Assembly: GCA_031400935.1 (NCBI GenBank)
Contig: JANNQV010000022.1
Location: 44,118-64,117 of the forward strand
Source of the DNA: Armatimonadota bacterium
GTDB taxonomy: Bacteria > Armatimonadota > Fimbriimonadia > Fimbriimonadales > Fimbriimonadaceae
Direction: 5' to 3'
Length of the DNA stretch: 20,000 nt
Part shown: positions 15,262 to 20,000 of the stretch, piece by piece
Numbering within the stretch: position 1 is the first letter of the stretch
How the letters are laid out: each line of letters starts with the position of its first letter
Made by a program: the position numbers and the translations under genes
The notes under the pieces: model-generated
The model's database searches: none
What the model saw: the letters and a program-made list of their open reading frames with translations, nothing else
Told to the model about the DNA's origin: nothing

Positions 15262-15837
15262 ATGAGTTTTTGGGATGAAGGGCCAAGCAAGACTGTTCGA
15301 ACGCTCATATTTGTATGTATCGGTTGTGTATTGCCTAGCGTCGTTTTGGGACCGTTGTTTGCCGCGGTTCTAACTGTCTCAGAAGAGCAGACCGACGGTC
15401 GCTACGGCTCCATTTGTCTGAGCCGACTTCGAGTTATCGGCCAAGCAATGAGCATGTACGGCGAAGACAACGACGGACGTTTTCCAATTGCAAAATCGTG
15501 GATTGATTCCACTTTTCATTACATTCTAAAGGATGATCCAAAAAACGTTACTGAAAATCCGTATCAATGTCCGACGATTTCAAAGAAGCGAGTCGGAGAC
15601 TACGGCTACTCGATGAACATCATTTACAGCAGCGAAGAGCTAGTTAAGTTCAAAGAAACGGGCCACACAGCGGAACCGTTGATATTCGACGCTGACGAAG
15701 TCGGGCGCAACGCTCATTCCACGCTCAAATCACTCTCCTTGCCGCCACGGCACGGAGAGGGCAAGATCAACAACAGCTTGTATCCCGATCTGTCGGCAAA
15801 GACTGCGCCGCCTAGGTTTCCGGAACAAACAAGATAG
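15262..15837 (+). CDS. DUF1559-like membrane-anchored protein with degenerate H-X9-DG C-terminus
   Basis: TM segment then CLSRLRVIGQAMSMYGEDNDGRFP, YQCP, YGYSMN and RHGEGKINNSLYPD. ATG15262 lies 1 nt after the upstream stop. Confidence 0.6.
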   Translation: MSFWDEGPSKTVRTLIFVCIGCVLPSVVLGPLFAAVLTVSEEQTDGRYGSICLSRLRVIGQAMSMYGEDNDGRFPIAKSWIDSTFHYILKDDPKNVTENPYQCPTISKKRVGDYGYSMNIIYSSEELVKFKETGHTAEPLIFDADEVGRNAHSTLKSLSLPPRHGEGKINNSLYPDLSAKTAPPRFPEQTR

Positions 15838-16027
15838 CATTGTCGTCTCATTTCAAGGTCGAGAATAAATCATCGAACATTCTCTTTCCATGCTCGTCAA
15901 ACGAAATAGACGCGCATGTCTTGACATCTATGTGGCCTGGGGGACGCTCTGATCACAATGTCGGTAAAAGGCAACGCGGATCTGTGCGGCGGGAGTTAAC
16001 CCTGTCGCGCAGAGAGAGGAGCAAATT

Positions 16028-16543
16028 ATGCTAAAACGAATGTTGATTGTAGTCGGCGCAATTGTCGCCGCAGTAGCTATCGCCCAGGTTAACGGACGAG
16101 TTGTCGGTGCAGTTGGACGCGGTGCCGCTGGAAATGGCGAAGGCCGAGCTGGGCACTTTGCATTAGAAGTTAAGAAGTTTATGCGTGCTGGGAGCAATCA
16201 TGCTGAGTATGCAGGCAGGTTTGAGTGGTCTGAGCTGTCTCAAGAGGCATCTCACCGTTTCATTATCACGATGGCACGGCCTGTAGCGGTTGGGGTCAAT
16301 ATGGAAACTCGCATTTGCGAATTCAACGGACCTGCACGGCTTAAAAGGCCAGGGCCTAACGGACCAGTCGTGATTGAAGGACGTTTGCAAGTTCGGGTCG
16401 CTGATCGCCGCCTACCAGGTGGTACTGGCGAACCAGACTTGATTAGGTGGCAATTCTTGTCGCCTGCACACAATTTAGATCTTCGTTTTGATGGCGCAGT
16501 CCGCGAAGGCGACATCCACGTGTTCGCACGAAACGGAAACTAG
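16028..16543 (+). CDS. Secreted all-beta hypothetical protein (possible post-COAP-1-like domain)
   Basis: SD GAGGAG, signal peptide (AIA-Q), alternating beta pattern ending DGAVREGDIHVF; followed by a terminator. Confidence 0.7.
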   Translation: MLKRMLIVVGAIVAAVAIAQVNGRVVGAVGRGAAGNGEGRAGHFALEVKKFMRAGSNHAEYAGRFEWSELSQEASHRFIITMARPVAVGVNMETRICEFNGPARLKRPGPNGPVVIEGRLQVRVADRRLPGGTGEPDLIRWQFLSPAHNLDLRFDGAVREGDIHVFARNGN

Positions 16544-16570
16544 ACTCTTAAGTAATCCTCACCAGACAAG

Positions 16571-16605
16571 AAAGCCCCGCCGATTTTGGCGGGGCTTTTC
16601 GTTTT
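16571..16605 (+). terminator. Rho-independent terminator, possibly bidirectional
   Basis: AAAGCCCCGCC-GATTTT-GGCGGGGCTTT followed by TCGTTTT, between convergent genes. Confidence 0.85.
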
Positions 16606-16730
16606 AGGGTATGGGGTACTAGGGTATGGGGTTTAGGTTTTAGTAAGACTGGGTAGGACTATTTGGCCACATAAGGCAGTTAGGATAGTGGCATCTCCCT
16701 TTCAACGCAGTTTTACATGTCCAACCAGTC

Positions 16731-17186
16731 CTACTTCGTCCCGCCGCCATTGCCTCCGCGGCCGCCTTGTCCAGGCTGCCCAGGTGTGCCCATCGGCATC
16801 AAGCTAGTTTGCCCGACAATTTTCAAATCTGCTTTGCTGACTTTGAAAATCGTGTTTCCTTGCAAAACATAGAGAAACATGTTGTCAATTTCCATGGCAC
16901 TGGAACCGCCGCCGCCCATTCCGCCAGGGAATCCGCTTTGGCCTCCGCCAAATCCGCCACGTCCGCCTTGGCCTGGAGCAGGAATTGCTCCGCCTTGGAA
17001 GCCGCCTTGTCCACCTTGACCGCCTTGGCCAAATCCGCCTTGTCCACCTTGACCGCCTTGGCCTCGTTGTTCGCCTTGTTGATCAGCTGTTGATTGTGCG
17101 CCTGCCACGACGGCAAATGGAAGTGAAATTGCGATGAGTGAAGCAGCTGCGATAGCGGCTAAGCCGACTTTTTTTGTTACATGCAT
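16731..17186 (-). CDS. Secreted Gly/Gln-rich low-complexity protein
   Basis: Start at MHVTKKVG (GAGGT SD upstream) rather than 17327. Signal peptide, GQG/GGF repeats and one short beta-rich module. Confidence 0.75.
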   Translation of the reverse strand: MHVTKKVGLAAIAAASLIAISLPFAVVAGAQSTADQQGEQRGQGGQGGQGGFGQGGQGGQGGFQGGAIPAPGQGGRGGFGGGQSGFPGGMGGGGSSAMEIDNMFLYVLQGNTIFKVSKADLKIVGQTSLMPMGTPGQPGQGGRGGNGGGTK

Positions 17187-17313
17187 GATATACCTCTGAT
17201 AACACGCCGAATCTGCAGATACGGCGTTCCTACTTGCGAAGACGAAGGCGCAAGCTGTTAGTTCAACTTGCCCTTCTACTGATAGAGGAGAATACTGCCC
17301 TCTTGAGAGGAAA

Positions 17314-17336
17314 TTATGAGGTTTCAAACCTCATAA
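17314..17336. other. Perfect 11-1-11 inverted repeat (operator or minus-strand terminator)
   Basis: TTATGAGGTTT-C-AAACCTCATAA. Confidence 0.6.
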
Positions 17337-17571
17337 CTCGCATGCAATACGAATCAAGCTAATTACTGATCGGAAAAGAAACGGGAAGTCCGGAATCTCA
17401 CGCAAAGGCGCTAAGATCGCAAAGAGGGAGATTTGCTAGACGTAAAGAGCGAATATTCAGGGTAACCGACGCGAAACTTGCGTTCTAAACGTCTTTTGAA
17501 GCCTTGAAATGAAGGCCAAGTTGAGCTTTGCGCCTTTGCGAGCCATGAAATGGCCGTAGTGAGGAGGGTGA

Positions 17572-18471
17572 CTATTGGAACCCAATCCCATAGTGCTCGC
17601 AATACCTCTCAAACAACTTGTGCGCAGCTGGATAACAAGAATTGGGCGACAGGAAGTGCGGAAACTCGAAAGTGATGATCTTTTCAGCCACTTGCGCGGC
17701 AGTTTCCATCTTGAACCTCAAATTTCGCCAATCTGCTGGCGGAAACTTGATCGGCATGTCCCTATCAAAAGTCTCTAGATTCGACCAGATTGTAACCCCG
17801 TACCGCTTGCCGATATCTCCAATCCCCCGAATGAAAGTGGGAAGCTCTTGATAATAGATTTGCCCATCTTGAAAGGCGCAAATGTCGAAGGCGCCTTTCG
17901 TATCCGCGAAAACTCGCTCCCAATGCTCGAAAGATTCGTCTAGCGTCAGCGCGCTCTCTCCCGCCTGCTTTGCACCCTGCGGGTAAGGAGAAATGAGCAC
18001 GGGTACGTCCTTTAGCTCTTTGCAGAATCGCCCGATCGAGTTGAAAAGTTCGATGATATGCGCGTCGTTTTTGCCCGTCTCGTGAGTCAAATACCATCCT
18101 TGAAAGCTCTTGTGGTGCCCATATCTCTCGACCGACTCTTCCAAAAACGGCTTGTTGAGGTCAACCTCTTTCCACCAACTTCTCCGCCACCAATGGAAGC
18201 CAGAATCGTAGGTGCCATAGAACACATTGAGGTTGTATTCATCGGCGAGCGAGAAGAACATCTCGCCAAGGTCATCGTAAACGGGCAATAAGTCCGGGAG
18301 TGATTTCGCCTGAAAAATGCATCGGTTCTTGTAACCTGAGCGGATGATGATCACGGTGTCAATTCCGATTTTGTTATAGAGGGTGAACTCTTTTCGCCAG
18401 TCTGCCTCACCCCAGTTCTGGCTAGGGATGTCGTGAGTGATCTCGTCGAGGAATGTGCCGGTGATGATCAT
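17572..18471 (-). CDS. DUF4434 family putative glycoside hydrolase (TIM barrel)
   Basis: ITGTFLDEITHDIPSQNWG, GIDTVII, SFQGWYLTHE, AFQDG, WSNLETFDRDMPIKFPP and KIITFEFPHFLSP. Confidence 0.85.
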   Translation of the reverse strand: MIITGTFLDEITHDIPSQNWGEADWRKEFTLYNKIGIDTVIIIRSGYKNRCIFQAKSLPDLLPVYDDLGEMFFSLADEYNLNVFYGTYDSGFHWWRRSWWKEVDLNKPFLEESVERYGHHKSFQGWYLTHETGKNDAHIIELFNSIGRFCKELKDVPVLISPYPQGAKQAGESALTLDESFEHWERVFADTKGAFDICAFQDGQIYYQELPTFIRGIGDIGKRYGVTIWSNLETFDRDMPIKFPPADWRNLRFKMETAAQVAEKIITFEFPHFLSPNSCYPAAHKLFERYCEHYGIGFQ

Positions 18472-18621
18472 TTTTTAGGGGATGGGGGATCGGGTTTTGA
18501 GGATAGGAAAGGACTGACAGGACATATTGGACAGACAGGTCATATTCGTCCTATAAGTCCTAAATGGCCTATTCTTCCTACGGTTACTGCTCACTCAACC
18601 ATTCTAAGCTAAACTGGCAAC

Positions 18622-20000
18622 ATGATCGGAACTCTGCTCCTACTGACGATTCTCGCCCCCCAAACAGCCTCGCCTGACCTTTCGGACACACTTTCTTGGC
18701 GGTGCATCGGCCCATTTCGAGGCGGGAGAACAGTTGGTGCTTGCGGTGTTCCACAGCAACCCTACACCTTTTACATAGGAGTGAATAACGGTGGGGTTTG
18801 GAAAACCAACGACGCAGGCAGAACCTGGAAGCCGATTTTTGACGATCAGCCGACGGGCTCCATCGGCGATGTAATGGTTGCGCCAAGCAACCCAAATATC
18901 ATCTATGTCGGTTCTGGCGAGGGATTGCGCCGCCCAGATTTGAGCACGGGCGACGGAATGTACCGGTCGGATAACGCAGGCAAAACCTGGCGTCATATCG
19001 GTCTTCGTAACGCCAAGCAGGTCGGCGGAATCTGCGTAGATCCGAAAGAACCAAATCGGGTTTTTGTGGCATCGGTCGGCCATCCATACGGACCAAACGC
19101 TGAAAGAGGCGTGTATCGAACCCTAGACGGTGGCAAGAATTGGAAAAAGGTGCTCGGACAAGGAGTTGACACCGGCGCGATCCAAGTGACAATTGACCCT
19201 AACAATCCCAAAGTCGTCTACGCGGACCTATGGGAATCAAGGCAAGGGCCTTGGGAAAATGGACAGTGGTCTGGTCCGGGTTCGGGAATGTTCAAATCCG
19301 TAGATGGTGGTGACAAATGGACCCGATTGGAAGGTGGTTTGCCCACTTTCGTTCAAGGATTAGGTCGAATCGGATTTGCGATTGCTCCTTCGAACTCGAA
19401 AGTGCTCTATGCGGCGGTGGATTCAGGCAATGCAAGTGGAATCTATCGTTCAAACGATGCTGGAACCTCTTGGACGCGAGTCAATCAAGAGCGCAGGCTC
19501 CTTTCGCGAGGCGATGACTTTGCCGAGGTCAAAGTCCATCCCAAGAACCCCGAAACCATTTTTGTCGGTGACACCAGTTTTTACAAATCAACGGATGGCG
19601 GCAAGAACTTTGTTTGCATCAAAGGCTCGCCAGGCGGGGATGACTACCACCGAGCTTGGATCAACCCAAACAACCCCGATATCATCCTTACTGCCGCCGA
19701 TCAAGGCGCTGCAGTGACTTTGAACGGAGGCGAGACTTGGAGCACTTGGTACAACCAGCCGACCGCCCAAATGTTCCATTGCGCGACGGACAATCAGATT
19801 CCGTACAACGTGTATGGAGGCCAGCAAGAAAGCGGCTCAGCGATGGTCAGCAGCCGAGGAAATGATGGCCAAATCACCTTCCGCGAATGGCACCCGGCAG
19901 GTGGAGACGAATACGCCTACCTAGCGCCCGATCCATTGAATAATCGTTATGTTTTTGGAGGGAGAGTCAATCGTTACGACAAGGTGACGGGCGAAGTGGT
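18622..20000 (+). CDS. VPS10/BNR (Asp-box) beta-propeller glycosyl hydrolase-like protein, 3'-truncated by the window edge
   Basis: Own translation: MIGTLLLLTILAPQ...WRCIGPFRGGRTV...GGVWKTNDAGRTW...IYVGSGEG...GDGMYRSDNAGKTW, with repeated S/TxDxGxxW boxes. Absent from the ORF track because there is no stop in the window. Confidence 0.92.
   Translation, partial: MIGTLLLLTILAPQTASPDLSDTLSWRCIGPFRGGRTVGACGVPQQPYTFYIGVNNGGVWKTNDAGRTWKPIFDDQPTGSIGDVMVAPSNPNIIYVGSGEGLRRPDLSTGDGMYRSDNAGKTWRHIGLRNAKQVGGICVDPKEPNRVFVASVGHPYGPNAERGVYRTLDGGKNWKKVLGQGVDTGAIQVTIDPNNPKVVYADLWESRQGPWENGQWSGPGSGMFKSVDGGDKWTRLEGGLPTFVQGLGRIGFAIAPSNSKVLYAAVDSGNASGIYRSNDAGTSWTRVNQERRLLSRGDDFAEVKVHPKNPETIFVGDTSFYKSTDGGKNFVCIKGSPGGDDYHRAWINPNNPDIILTAADQGAAVTLNGGETWSTWYNQPTAQMFHCATDNQIPYNVYGGQQESGSAMVSSRGNDGQITFREWHPAGGDEYAYLAPDPLNNRYVFGGRVNRYDKVTGEV

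Noticed and set aside
15955..16015. c-di-GMP-I riboswitch (GGTAAAAGGCAAC...)
   Set aside because: Lacks the GGCAAAC...GAAA...GACGCAAAGC arrangement; only a generic hairpin is present.
17187..17327. N-terminal extension of the Gly-rich ORF
   Set aside because: SD and signal peptide point to ATG17186; the extension runs through palindromic regulatory DNA.
18584..19865. Several short ORFs on both strands
   Set aside because: Shadows of the long VPS10/BNR frame starting at 18622.

Overview
Mostly core chromosomal window (roughly 50% GC by eye) from a diderm Terrabacterium. Gene content suggests Armatimonadota/Fimbriimonadia, but this is an inference. The + strand carries darA/pstA-like (c-di-AMP receptor) and holB, then an envelope-stress operon (SigE-like ECF sigma, zinc anti-sigma, MucB/RseB-like protein, DegP/HtrA). 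Next come a Fur-family regulator (- strand), a 64-aa basic protein resembling archaeal CC1/DUF5679 chromatin proteins, and DUF1800. A long operon follows: rlmN, lptC, lptA-like, lptB, a single lptF/G, DUF3084 and a YqgF-like nuclease. The rest holds an orphan NarL-type regulator, a DUF1559-like protein, two secreted hypotheticals, DUF4434 and the 5' part of a VPS10/BNR beta-propeller gene absent from the ORF track. The intergenic DNA is the most unusual part. It has two ~120-bp four-hairpin REPIN-like elements with compensatory stem changes, in-phase heptamer arrays, 9/10-mer repeats, several operator-like palindromes, ECF promoters, and a recurring leaderless promoter layout (-10 box 6-7 nt before the start codon). 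No rRNA, tRNA, CRISPR or transposase was seen. Family assignments come from motif recognition only; no database searches were run.
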